Part shown: piece by piece, positions 37,756 through 50,036 of the stretch
How the letters are laid out: the number at the start of each line of letters is the position of its first letter
Numbering within the stretch: position 1 is the stretch's first letter
Origin: Podospora anserina
Lineage: Eukaryota
DNA: 64,000 nt
Assembly (NCBI GenBank): GCA_017654855.1
Contig: CM030332.1
Coordinates: 4,526,001 to 4,590,000, forward strand
Reading direction: 5' to 3'
Program-made: the position numbers and the translations under genes
Notes under the pieces: model-generated
The model's input: only the letters and a program-made list of their open reading frames with translations
Database searches by the model: none
What the model was told of the DNA's origin: nothing

Positions 37756-38299
37756 AACGTCTTGTCAGGAAGGCGGCATGCTAGCCCTTGGAAGGAAGAA
37801 AAATAAGAAAGAGAGAGAAAGCTCATCCACGCCAGCTGCGCAGCTTTGAACCATCCAGTCGCCATGTCACTCCAGGCATTGAGCCATAGCTAAACATCCC
37901 AAAGTTGGAGGGGACATGAGGCCTGATGGGATGGCCATGGTGCATGAGAGGCAGGGGGTCCATTGGAGGAGCAACATCTTGAAACAAACTGGCAAGGGTC
38001 AAAAGCTGGTTCAGCCTCTTTTGGCCAAGTTTTTACAAGTCCTTCTTAATCTCACATAATGGACTGGCCAATGAATCAAGGCGATCACCATCTTACAGTA
38101 TTAATATGTGGAACGCCCCCAACGGCGGGGTGCCTGTGTAGATAGATGTTCAGCTGAAAAAAGTTGAGTGTACATCAGCACCAGCTAGGCACACCAGGGA
38201 AAGACAAGTCGTCAAGTGTGGATAGGGAGTGGGGACCGTGGATAGTGGGCAGGGGTTGCTCCGGTGGAGCCCGGGGCTGACTGACATGCGGGGTTCACT

Positions 38300-38367
38300 A
38301 AATTTTATCGATAAGAGCAGCGACAAGATGCCAAAATTTCCAAAAGTTGGATAGGCTCAACGATAAG
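38300..38367 (+). promoter_or_regulatory. Putative ribosome-biogenesis promoter motifs upstream of ACL4
   Basis: AAATTTT/AAAATTT (RRPE-like) at 38300 and 38333; CGATAAG at 38309 and 38361. Confidence 0.4.
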
Positions 38368-38496
38368 ATTAGAAAGGCTATTTGACCTGTTTAGCGACGC
38401 ATCACTCGACCCTCACGGCAATAAAGCACCAGAAATCACCGAATTCCTCGATCGCCCCCTTTCGCCCTCCCCAATCCCACATAGACCTGCGAACCG

Positions 38497-39669
38497 ATGG
38501 CGCCGACAAGACCAAAAAAGAAGTCGACCAAAGACAAGGCAAGGGACAGACTCCGAGCCAAAGCCGCCGCCGCGCAATCCTCAAATGTCAACCCCAGAGA
38601 GCTTCTCGTGCAAGCCGTCGGCATGCTCGAGGTCGGCGATGCGGAGGGCGCCGCCAAAGTCGCCAGGACAGCGTATGATCACATCGGAGACAACGGACGA
38701 CAGGCTGGCGCCGCGCTGTCCCTTCTGGGTCAAATACATGTCGAGTTGGGAGAGGTTGACAGTGCTCGCCAGTTCTTCCTGTCTGCCGTCAAGGTGGATG
38801 AAGATGGTTCGCTTCCGGAAGATTTGGGTGGCGGTGCCGAAAAGTTTCTTTGGCTTGCACAACTAAGTGAAGAAGGTGGTCAAGACAGCGTTGGCTGGTT
38901 CGAGCGTGGTGCGGCCGCACTGCGTGCCCAGATTCAGACACTTACCGACGCACTAGAGTCACGGCCCCTTACCCGCGACGAACAGGAAGCTGCCATCAAC
39001 GAGAAACGAAGAAAGCTGGCAGATACACTCTGCGCCGTTGCCGAGGTCTACATGACAGATCTCAGCTGGGAGGACGATGCTGAGAGTCGGTGCGAGGCGC
39101 TGATTACCGAGGCTATTATGCTGGCCCCTGAACAGCCAGATACCTGGCAAACTGTTGCAAACGTACGAATCTCACAGTCACGAACCGAAGAAGCGAAAGA
39201 GGCCTTGAAAAGAAGCTTGGGACTGTGGACAGATCTGCCGCCTGAAGACCCTGGGGTTCCTGCGTTTCCATCACGTGTCAGTCTGGTTCGGTTGCTGATA
39301 GAGGTTGGGCTGGAGGAGCAAGCGATTGAAGTTGCCGGACGTCTTGTTGACGAGGACGATCTCAGTGTGGAAGCCTGGTACCTTGGTGGCTATGGGAAAT
39401 ACATGCTGGGCCAGAAGTTGAAGGAGGTGGGGCAGACTGGCGATGCTGACAAGTGGAAAAGCGTGTGGCGTTCTTCGCGGAAATGGCTTATTCAGTGCAT
39501 GAGGATTTTCGAGGCCGAGGAGTATGAGGACGAAAGGTTAGGGGAACATGCACGGGAATTGATGGGCGTTATTAGAGACGAGCTTGGCGAGGCTTTGGGG
39601 GATGATCTGGATGAGGATGTTTGGGAAGACACCGATGATGAGGACGATGTGGACACAGATATGCAATAG
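38497..39669 (+). CDS. ACL4: TPR protein, assembly chaperone of Rpl4 (Acl4-like)
   Basis: KFLWLAQLSEEGGQDSVGWFERGA, EVYMTDLSWEDDAESRCEALI, ANVRISQ and an acidic tail. Confidence 0.85.
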   Translation: MAPTRPKKKSTKDKARDRLRAKAAAAQSSNVNPRELLVQAVGMLEVGDAEGAAKVARTAYDHIGDNGRQAGAALSLLGQIHVELGEVDSARQFFLSAVKVDEDGSLPEDLGGGAEKFLWLAQLSEEGGQDSVGWFERGAAALRAQIQTLTDALESRPLTRDEQEAAINEKRRKLADTLCAVAEVYMTDLSWEDDAESRCEALITEAIMLAPEQPDTWQTVANVRISQSRTEEAKEALKRSLGLWTDLPPEDPGVPAFPSRVSLVRLLIEVGLEEQAIEVAGRLVDEDDLSVEAWYLGGYGKYMLGQKLKEVGQTGDADKWKSVWRSSRKWLIQCMRIFEAEEYEDERLGEHARELMGVIRDELGEALGDDLDEDVWEDTDDEDDVDTDMQ

Positions 39670-39886
39670 CATGTGTCATGGTTTTGGTGGTCAAGAGGGT
39701 TCGCTGGAAGGGTGGACTTACGGATGAACCCACGAGCATTGAGGAGGCCACGCTCCATTCGGACTTCAAAATTAATACATGAGATATACCAGGAATGACT
39801 CCCCAGTGAAAAATACCATACCCTATGCGATCGTGTAGTTGAAAAATGTGGTACAAGCGTGCTCCTTTGATTGAAAACACACCTAG

Positions 39887-40633
39887 TTAGTTTTCACCAA
39901 CCTCAAGTTTCTGAATTTCCTCAATGACGGTATCATCGTCAGCCTCATCTTGGCCGGCCGCTGCGAGGCCACGTTCCCAAAGCTGTTTTCCTGTGAGCTT
40001 TGTAGGCTCCTTTATCCTGGCTTTCTTCAACTCGGCCAGTCTTTCCTCCTCTTCCCTGATTCTGCCCTCCTCCATCTCTTTCAAGAACGACTCTCTCCAC
40101 TTCAAGAATGTCTCGCGTGTAACCGGGGTTCCCTGAAACTTTTTATTCTCCTCACGTTCGGCAGCCAGCACGGCTTCTTCGTGTGCCTTCACGATAGCTG
40201 CTTTTCGATCCAGCACTAGTTGCTCTGCGGCTTCTTTGAGTGTCGAGACCAAAGTGAACACCATTGCGATCCCAAGATTTTCTTCGATCGTTGCGTCCAA
40301 CCCCCGTAGAAGTTGCTCCTTGTCCTCGGCGATGTTGAGGTGTGGGTGAGGGATTGCGTTCTGTGACGCCGAGAGCTCTAGGAATGGTGCCTTGTCTGGA
40401 TATTCCTCGGGGTAGCGCACAGTAAGGAGCATAATCGGAGGTTCCTCCTTGTCATCTGGGATATCGAGGGCGATCGATATTCTGTATTCAGTCTCGGATA
40501 TGTCTGGAAGGTGGTGGACTATCTGTCAGTTCACTGCCTGCCCAGAGCCATGCACGATGAACGGACCTGTAATCTCGTCTGGAAAGATAGAGTCCAGAAC
40601 CTCTCTTTCCTCAATTTGATCCTCACGCCCCAT
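39887..40633 (-). CDS. GIR2: RWD-domain protein Gir2/DFRP2 (1 intron)
   Basis: MGREDQIEEREVLDSIFPDEIT, YPEEYPDKAP, ENLGIAMVF, GTPVTRETFLKWR and LTGKQLWE. Confidence 0.9.
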
Positions 40634-41033
40634 CTTAAGTATCTGTGCTGTAAAGAATAGCGGCTTTGTGTCGTTGTTGATGTCCTGGCCAGGCGGAGGA
40701 CCAGGTCTTCCTGTGAGCACTTGGAACGAAGTGGGTGGGGTTGGATTTACTCTTTGCTGATGGGAGTGTGGTTCGTCTGGTGGATTTGCTGGTTTGTTGG
40801 AGGAGGGGCACAACTTTTGGACGTGGGGTCTTGCGTCCACCCCGGCCCGCCAAGCTCAAGCTAGTCTGACCGCCTGGCAGAAACAGGGATCCTAGGAATT
40901 GGCTTCCAAAAAAATTTCGGCCAAAGCAGAACTGGTAGCGCAGCATTTCGAGTTTGGCGGGTGAGCTCAACCTTGGATCGATCACCATTCAACACCTCTC
41001 GAATTGCTTCACTCTTCAGCGGCGGACATCAAA

Positions 41034-43125
41034 ATGGCGCCAAAATTCTCGGAGCCTAGCGTAAAGAGAAAGGTGCATCACAACGATGGGAGCAGAGCGA
41101 AGAAGGCGAAGACTATCACCGGGCCGAAGCACAAGAAAGTCGAGCCAAAGGCTTCTGAAAGTGATGGCGCCACCTTTTCCGACTCGGACGACGGAGGCGC
41201 TGCTTTGAAGCAGGGGAAAACAGCGAACGGCCAGGCCGCTGGCAAGGCGTTGGAGAAAGGTTTGCTGTCCTTGCCTGTGAGACTCGAGACTCAATTCTAT
41301 CGGTGTTAACAAGCCAACAGGACAAACCTCCCGCGAGGCTCATGCGAAGCAGAAACAGTTGGCGCAAGAACGTAAAGCCGCGAAACCATTGGCGGACGAG
41401 GTTCAGCGGACGAAAAAATTGTGGGAGAGATTGCGCCGCAAGTCGCATGTGCCCAAGGAGGAGCGCCAGCAACTGGTCGACGAGCTCTTCTCCATCATTA
41501 CCGGGCGCATCAAAGACTTCGTATTGAAGCACGACGCCGTGCGCGCTGTCCAGACGGCCATCAAATACTCAACCCCAGTCCAAAGGAAGCAGATCGCGAA
41601 GGAGCTTCAGGGTGCCTATGCGCAACTTGCTGAGAGCAGATATGCCAAGTTCCTCATCGGCAAACTCCTTGTCCAGAACGACACCGAGATTCGCGACATC
41701 ATCATCCCCGAGTTTTATGGGAAAATCCGCAAGCTTATCAACCATTCCGAAGCATCCTGGATTCTGGACGACATCTACCGTGGGGCAGCCACCAAGGAAC
41801 AGAAGGCCCATATGTTGCGAGAATGGTACGGGCCCGAGTTCGCCTTGTTCAAGTCGGGAAATAAGGGCGAGGTCACGGCCGACCTGTCCAAAATTCTTGC
41901 TGAAGAGCCAAGCAAGCGGTCGACAGTCCTCAAATACCTCTGTGATATGACCAACAACCTGATCCAAAAGAAGATGACCGGGTTCACAATGCTGCACGAC
42001 GCCATGTTGCAATATTTCCTCAACCTCAAGCCCGACAGTGAAGAGCTCAAAGAGTTTGTTGAGGTCGTCAAGGGTGACGAGAATGGCGATCTGCTCAAGA
42101 ACATGGCCTTCACCAAATCTGGCGCGCGTTTAGCCTGCTTGCTCTTGGCCCATGGGAGTGCGAAGGACCGGAAGCAAATCCTCAAGACATACAAGGACAC
42201 ATTTCAGCTCATGTCGGGTGACCCTCATGGGCACATGATCCTGTTGGCTGCCTACGATCTCATCGATGACACAGTTTTGACCTCCAAGTCAATCTTTCCA
42301 GAAATCTTGGGCAAGGCCGAGGACCTAGACCCGGGGAACATTACTTTCATGGCGAACGACCCGAACGCACGCATCGTGTCCTTGTACTTGTTCGAAGGCC
42401 AGTCCAAATCACTGTTCCCATCGAGCCATGCCGATGATTTGGAATTGCTCAGCGAGCTCCACGAGATCCGCAAGACTACGAGCAAGAAGGACGCCGAGGT
42501 GAGACGCAAAGAGCTGGTAGCATCCATGTCCCCACAGATGCTGGCCGCCGTAGCGGCCTTTGGGAAGGAACTTGCGGCCACTTCGTTTGGTTGTCAATTC
42601 ATCGCCGATATTCTCCTGTCTTCCGTTGGGGACAAGACTGCCGCCCTCGAGGCTGTTGCTGCCACAGCGGCTGGTGAGCCTAACCCTGCTCTCCCCGAGG
42701 ATGCTGATCCTCCCTACCCCCCACCACCACACCTTTCCCTTACACCTCACGGAGGCAAGCTGTATAAGACCCTCATCGCCGGTGGGCGGTTCGATAGGGA
42801 GACGGGAACCGTCAAAAGAATCGAACCGCCCCTTAACTTCGCCGACATTCTCTACCCTGTCATAAAAGACCACATCATGCAGTGGGCACTTGGGCCAAGC
42901 TCGTTTACAGTGTTGGGTTTGCTTGAAGCCCCGGATTTCTCGTCAAAGAAAGAGCTTCTCAAACTCCTCAAGTCGGAGAAGAAGACTCTTGAGCGTGCCG
43001 CCACCGCTGCTGAGACCACGGCGGAGGGTGTGAAGCCCAAGTCGAAGAACAAGGACAACGGCTCCAAGTCGAAGTCGGGAGGTAACCAAGGCGCAAGACT
43101 GTTGTTGGAAAAGTTGCAAGCATAG
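41034..43125 (+). CDS. PUF6: Pumilio/CPL-domain nucleolar RNA-binding protein Puf6 (1 intron)
   Basis: KKLWERLRRK, FVLKHDAVRAVQTAIKY, LAESRYAKFL and AKDRKQILK; upstream AAAAAATTT RRPE-like motif near 40908. Confidence 0.92.
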
Positions 43126-43675
43126 AATATAGGGCAAAGTGTGCAGCGTGCGTGGATGGGGTGCTATGAACATGATGGATAGGGGCACATACAGCGCAGA
43201 GGCTTCACTAATAAATAAACCTAGTGTAAACACATGGACACTCTGCCATGATGGCGTTATCTGTAGACTGAAGTGACTGGTCGGTGACGGTTTTTTCCAA
43301 GCCAGAGGACCTACCTTCCTCATGCTCCATTCCGTGTAAAGGGACGAGGTGAGTTCTGGCGTTACACCTCCCCGGTGGAAGACGGCGGTGTCACCAGACA
43401 AAGCTAGGTCTGGCAATAGGCATTGAGATAAAATGTTCACTTCCAATGCTTCGCCCATACACTCACACATGCAGCCTGGAGGTTCACAGAGTAGAAGTTG
43501 CACAACTTCTCCTGCCACGTGCTTGAATTCACTCCTGCCGGACCATCCTGGGCACCCAAGCCAGGTTTTGCATGGATCACCAGTGAATCCACATCGCAAT
43601 TCCCGGATTTTCCGATATCCTTGGTGGGGCGCCATCTAGAAACAGGTTGGGTTGAGGCTTGACAGTGTGTCCACG

Positions 43676-44642
43676 ATGATTTCGTTGCCAGAAACAACCA
43701 GCTTCGACTCATCATCTCAAGTCTGCGCAAATGCGAGTGGGTATCTGTGGTATATTTGTACCTTCACCACGCCCTGGTATGCCGGTTGCTGCGACATCAA
43801 CCCTTGTCACCCACAACCCGTGGGCTGTCCGCTCACTGCTCAGGGAGAGCCAGTGACGTACACGATATCCACATTCACATCGCCATCCTCGCGTGGAGCT
43901 ACCGCGACCATAACAACTACCGCCGACATCTCTTCGCAAACAACGCTCCCGGTCTCCATCTTTCCGGCCACCCAAGAGGACAACCAAGAGGACAGCCATG
44001 GTATGACGATCTCAATCAACGCTCTCGTCGGGGTCGTGGTGGGCTGTACCATTGCGGTCATATTCGTGGCCCTCGTAACTTGCATGTGGTGGAGTCGGCG
44101 ACGGCGGGAAAGGGATGAGAAGCGTCAACAAGCACAGAGACTGGCATCGCCACGGCTTGTGGACGAGGAGCTTGTTCCCCCGGGCCTAGAAGGCGTTTTC
44201 AACCCCATGGCTTCGGATGGCCCAGGCAGTATTTTCGATCGCGCTGAAGGTAAGCCTAGCTCTCCTCGAAATCTGGGCTGTTTGAGATATCCGAGCTGAC
44301 TGTTAACTGCTCGTCAATCAAGGCCGCATGTCCAAGATATCTCACGAAAGCGGATCGTTCCCCATCCTACCACCACTAGGCGATAGTTACTTGAGCGGCA
44401 GTACGCCCAGAAAACTTGCGACGAGCCCACTATCACCAAACACGCCAAACACTTCATCAACTATGCCCAAATCTGCCGAGCTCGACTCAAGCCCAATGTG
44501 CGAACTTTCCTCTTCTGACCCCCCCAAACACGGAAAGTTGCCATATCCTCAACAGGAAGACAAACCCCGTGCTGACCGACCAACCGCGGGCGACGCTGAA
44601 CAGTACTCAGCGAGAACGAGAGTCCAACACATGTGTAAATAG
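43676..44642 (+). CDS. Single-pass membrane protein with small Cys-rich ectodomain (intron 44250-44322); start and C-terminus uncertain
   Basis: WYICT..YAGCCDINPC motif, T/S stalk, TM helix followed by RRRRER, cytosolic AELDS motif. Confidence 0.75.
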
Positions 44643-45160
44643 CTGGACAAGGTTCCAAAACGTTCAACTTTGAAAACAAAGCTGAATATGGGCAGGCATT
44701 CCTGATCGAATATGTCATTTTCATATCATCTAATGGATCAAGGCATGACCTGGTCAAAACGTCAGAAATATATATATATGCATTTCTTGCAAGGGATTGT
44801 GCCCCCGGCGATCTCAATGATTAACTACTAACTCGAGAAGGGGTCGAGGAATCGGTCAGTCGATAGACTTGGACGAAAATCACACTGTCAATTAGAACCT
44901 TGGGCCATAAGATGGGATAATACAACCTTCATTTTCGGTACCATTGCCTGCTGTCCTGCTGTCCCAGCCGACCTAGTCATCCCCTCTTTGTATAACGCCG
45001 AGAAAAACAAAACGCCTAAATAACCTGCCCTCCTGACGCCGTTGTGCAATGCATTTTTGTCATACCCCTTTGCAAGACGTTTGTTGATGACCACGCACGT
45101 CCATCATGCGACGCTTCCCGACTCGACTCGGTATCGAGGAATTTGACCTGGGGATGTTGA

Positions 45161-45699
45161 TCACAGAAGCTTCTCCAATTCATCCAGCAGCTCTCCCAAG
45201 TCCTCGTCGCTGATCTTGTCCGCCAAGGAAGGAATCAAGGTCTTGCACTCATCGGCGGTATCGCAGCAAAGGGATCCTAGAGGGACAAGAGTCATCGTTA
45301 GCCAGTTGTAGAGGTCGCAGCGGACAAAACAGTCGTCGTCTGCCAGCCCAAAATGCGGATGCTGAAAATGCAAAACATACCAATCTGGGCCCTTTCGAAT
45401 TTGCTCAATTCCTTGTGCGTGCTCAGCAGCCGCTCGACAGCCTCCACATTCTCCTTCGCCTTGAACCGAGCAAATGCATCGAGGTAGTCGAGTGTCTGGT
45501 TGAGCGCGTCCGTCTCGTTCCGGTCCTTGCGATCCTTTTTTCGTTTGGCCATGAGGGCGTTGATGACGAGTGACGCTTCCGACAGTGTCAGCGTGTCGAC
45601 GTCCTGGAACTCGCCCAGTTTGAGAACAGCGCCTGCTTCTTCTTCACCGGCCGGTGGGGGTTTTGCCCGCGAGGTAGGAGCGTGTTTCTGATCCGACAT
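45161..45699 (-). CDS. RPB4: RNA polymerase II subunit Rpb4 (1 intron)
   Basis: EEEAGAVLKLGEFQDVDTLTLSEA, FERAQIG|SLCCDTADECKTLIPSL. Confidence 0.95.
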
Positions 45700-46919
45700 T
45701 GTTGAGTCTGTTATTCGGCTGCGTTGATTGGCAAAGGTAGATCCAAGTCTGTACCGCCAGTATGGGTGGTAAGTAAAAGGATGGACTTGGTCGATTTGGC
45801 CTTGCTTGCGGACGTGGAAACTAGTGGTCGCACGAAGAATAAAGGAACCGATTGTATGCTGCGAACACAAAGGATGGAGGGACCTGGTGGGTTCTCTTGG
45901 TTCTTCTTTGATCACTTGTCAAAGTTCCCTCTCAATGGAAGAGGTGCTATACTCTAAATTCGCCATATCGTCACAGTTCGACCTTGGGGCTGCCACTCAT
46001 TGGTGGATCCTTTGGCTGTGGCTGATGTTGCCAGGTGGGAGACCGGCAAGGCTGGCACTGTGCTGGAAGATTCTGCTGGCTGCACTGTGTACGTCTTTGG
46101 TGGGGGCCTGCATCTGGTTCGCCTCAACCTTGCAGCTGCGGGCTTGGGCTGCACTAACAGCTTGAGGAGACACAAAAGTGCCAAGATCCGCAGCCTCTCA
46201 ACATCTGGGGCAGCCCAAGTCCAACCTCGCTAACAGACTTAGGAGACTCAGACGCAAGGCTCAGTAGATCAATGCAAGTGGTTCCATCACTCGATACATA
46301 ATCAACTCGGAAACTACGAGAACTGCCTAGAGTCGCTCGCTAAACTTTTGATTTGGAAATGGCATCATGAGCGACACCAATCTCTTGCATTTGTGGCTCA
46401 CAGGGCATTTGCCCAGTGAAAAGAGCCCCTGATGGGCCTATCTCTCCCCCTTCCAACCCCCTCTCAACACCCTCAGTCCATCCGTCTCTTGCGCGCACCC
46501 AGCAAATAGTTGCTCTGTAAGTAGCTGCTTTGTAAGAGACAGCATCTAAATACCGATATCCACCCCATCAGACATGCCTTACCCCAGTCGCTTCCGAGTT
46601 CAAGCAAGCCACATGCCAGCGTATTGGATCGTTCGTGTAATATTTCGCTGGTTTCCATCACTCAATGCAGTTGTAGCTGCACTCCGCTCGAACAACTCCA
46701 GTGCAAAATTATGCTTTAGCAATTGCTTCGCAATCCATCAACTTTGCCAAGTCGCCATCATTAGATACCTTGACCCTTCGCACATGAATACCGCACAAAA
46801 GACCACAACCTGAAGGCAGCTTGATCTGCGACCCTTTCGCCAGATAGACATCCGACACTGTGTGGCGGTCGATCCGGCAAATCCCCATGGCTCCCCCAGG
46901 CATTGTACCCCACCGTCTA

Positions 46920-48815
46920 TCAAAGAGCAGAAAAAACAAATAACTACATATCGAGTCAGCAGAGAAACCAAACATAAACATGTCGTCGGCTGGGAATCTT
47001 ACGTTGTTGGTAGCCGCAATTGCAATGCTGTCTTCAAAGGGATGCCAGCTCATGTGAAGAATCTTCTTGTTGAAGTCGATCTGGTCAGCATCCGTTTCCT
47101 TACGCATGCGTTGACCCTGCCCCGGAGCTGCTGGGCTTCCGGCGCGCGATCCCCCCTTCTTTCCATTAGCTGTCGGGCTTGTTGATGAGTTGATGGGAGT
47201 GGGCACGCCAACTTTCTTGGCCTTGAAAGCAGATTTGTCGGCCTGAAGAACCACTTCAACCTCCTTCTCCGGGTCTGAAGGATATATCATGAAGTTGTTG
47301 TTGTAGCTTCCTGTCATGACATTCTTTCCATCGCCCGAAAACACCACCTCAAACTTGTCGAAAATGCTATCATTCTCGTACGTGTCACAGAGCCTCGGTC
47401 TGAGATGCTCGTGAATCGGAATGGTTTTGATCGGCTGCCTCTCCATGGCGACGTCCCAAATCTTCACAGTCAAATAATCGCGGGAGAGGATGTATTTGCC
47501 GTCGTATGAGAAGCGAACATCCGAGATGGACGAGATAATCTCAGAGAAGAATGAGCGGGAGGACGGATCTTCCTCCTGTTCAAACACTACATTGGTAAGA
47601 GCCAGGTTAGTTCATCATTCCAGTGACATTCCACGGATGCGAGTCCCGTCAACTACTCACTCTTGGCGTGCTGGTCACATAGAGCCCGCTCACGCATGTC
47701 TGCCAGCTTGATAGTGCCCTTGGAACTGGCATACATGAACCAGTTGCAGCTGGTCGGATGAAACTCCGCCGCTGTGATGACTTCAGTCAACTCCTCCATG
47801 TTTGCGGGCTTGATGTCAACAATGTTGAAGCTCTGGTCTTGAATATTCAGGTTCCAGAGGTTGATGCGCAGATCGTCGCTGCTAATAAAGGTTTCGCCGT
47901 CACTATTGACTGAGATGCTGTTAATATGATACGCATGGGCGTTGGCATATGTCCGCCGAGGCACAGCCGCCACGACAGTATCGTGGTGAGTTAGTCTCGG
48001 CAGCTTCAGATCATTCGCGGACCGAAATTGGGCGGTGGGAAGGGCGCGAGGGGCGCCGCCTCCCCCATGAACGTTCGCCGGGGTGGCATCGTGCGAGAGA
48101 TTGTTTTCGGCCACAACCTTCAGTGACTTTTCAAAAACCTTCCATAGCTTGATCGTCTTGTCGTTGGTCGAGAGTAAATAGTGTGAGGCGTTCTGTCGTC
48201 GGCACCACTTGATCTTGTTGATCTTCTCCTCAATCTCCAACGATTTGAGGTAATCGAACTCGGGCTCGTGAGACTGAAACTCTGTATGGAACTTGTATTC
48301 GCACGTTTTTTTCTGCCTCGCTGTGTCAGTATGAATCTCCCGAGGCTGAAATGCCAATATCAAGATCCCGGACTGACCGTCTCATTACGCTCGAAGAGCA
48401 CAACTCTGCCACCCTTGTCGCCAGTTGCAAGATAGTTGCCGGTGTGATCGAATTCGACCGTCGAGATGATGTCGGCTGTTCAAGGTGGGGTCAGCCAATG
48501 CTCACAGAAAACAGCGTGAGCTGCAAGAGGAGAGAAGTATGTGTGATAAGAGCACCAAGATACCTCGGGGGGTGTCGTGTGCCGTACCTTCCGTGATATC
48601 CTCAACGTCTCCCTTATCACCGAAGCACCTGAAGACAGAAACGGTTAGCATACACGCGGAGAACAGCAGAGCAATGCTCAAGCAGCATGTCAATGTGAAC
48701 AGACGGCAGCAAAGAATTGAAAGGAAAGCGGGGAAGCGGTGGGGGACCAGGGCGGCGATCAAGATACTTACTGGGTGAACTTCCATGTCGGTACGTTCGC
48801 TTCTGTGTCTACCAT
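46920..48815 (-). CDS. CDC55: PP2A regulatory subunit B55 (WD40), multi-exon
   Basis: [58 protein letters not shown]; ends NNLFVFSAL*. Confidence 0.97.
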
Positions 48816-50036
48816 CTTCGCAACCTGATATCGTGGGCCGAGGGAGGTCCCTCTCTGCCACTAAGCGGTATGAAAAAAGAAGAATCGGGCAGCTGGGGCT
48901 GATGATGACGGGCAGCCAAGGTCCAGGGGGGATGATGGACCAACGACGTGGGTGACACGCGATATCGGGCGGGGTTCAGGTCGAGGAATGTACCGAAGTC
49001 CCGGAAGATGGACAGAAGCTAAAACGCACGATGGTGAAGCGATCTGGCGAGCAGGTCGAGTGGTGTATGAGCTGGGATGCTGGCGGGACGGAGGCTCAAA
49101 CGGCCGGGAGCTTTGCTGTACGAGTCTTGGGAGGACGGGCGCGGGGATGCGTGTGCGAATGCTCTATTGCTGTGCCGCCTAGACGTGGGCAGCGATGAAA
49201 GATGAGGGGTGAGAAAAAAGACTGATCTGCGGATCCAGGGCAGAATTCAACTGAAGATGCAAGGCAAGTGCGGGGGGTGCGCGTCTGAAGCTGGGACACA
49301 CCGACCGTGGGTAACTGCTTGTCGAAAAAGCTTTGGGAGAGATGGAGATGTTGGAAACAAGTCAAGCTCGAAATGACGGGGAGTCGGTGTTGGCGCAATG
49401 ACCTTTGGTAAGTGGTGGGTAGGTGCGCCCAGATCGGCCACACTAGGTAAGGGTGAATGGTCCAGAATGGGGCCCCGAAAGCATCAGGCACACAGTGCGA
49501 GACCGTGCCACTCAGCTCTTCTTGCACACAATTGACCAAAGCCAGCACAGCTGCTTAGCCTGCGCCTGGCCTGAACAGCGCATACAAACCCGACCGGGCA
49601 TTCTTTGGGCACGATCTTGCTGATTCGGGGCAGTGGAATTTGGCTCCTTCACATCCAGCACCGAATTCCTGCTGCTCCACGGAAAGAATCTCCCTCCTCG
49701 TTCGCACACACACACACACACCGCCGCCCCCGCCCACCCGCAGCTGTACCTAAGCTTTTAAGCACCGACTTAGATATACAGGAGCGACCTCCTTGAGCTG
49801 GATAAGCCCAACCAGTTCAGGCTCGGATCTGTCGGTAGTACAAGGGACAGGCGACTCGTGTCAAGCGGTCAAATCACATGCCAACAGTGCCTGTTGTTGT
49901 CAGCAACGTGGAGGGCGTTTGTTGAATAGGACTTTGCGCTGAGCTATTAGCCTCTTACGGTGTTTATTGGTCCCAGCCATCTACCAGCCGCGCCTACAAC
50001 AGTCGGCTATTCTGCTTCAGGGGTTACAACATCCAA

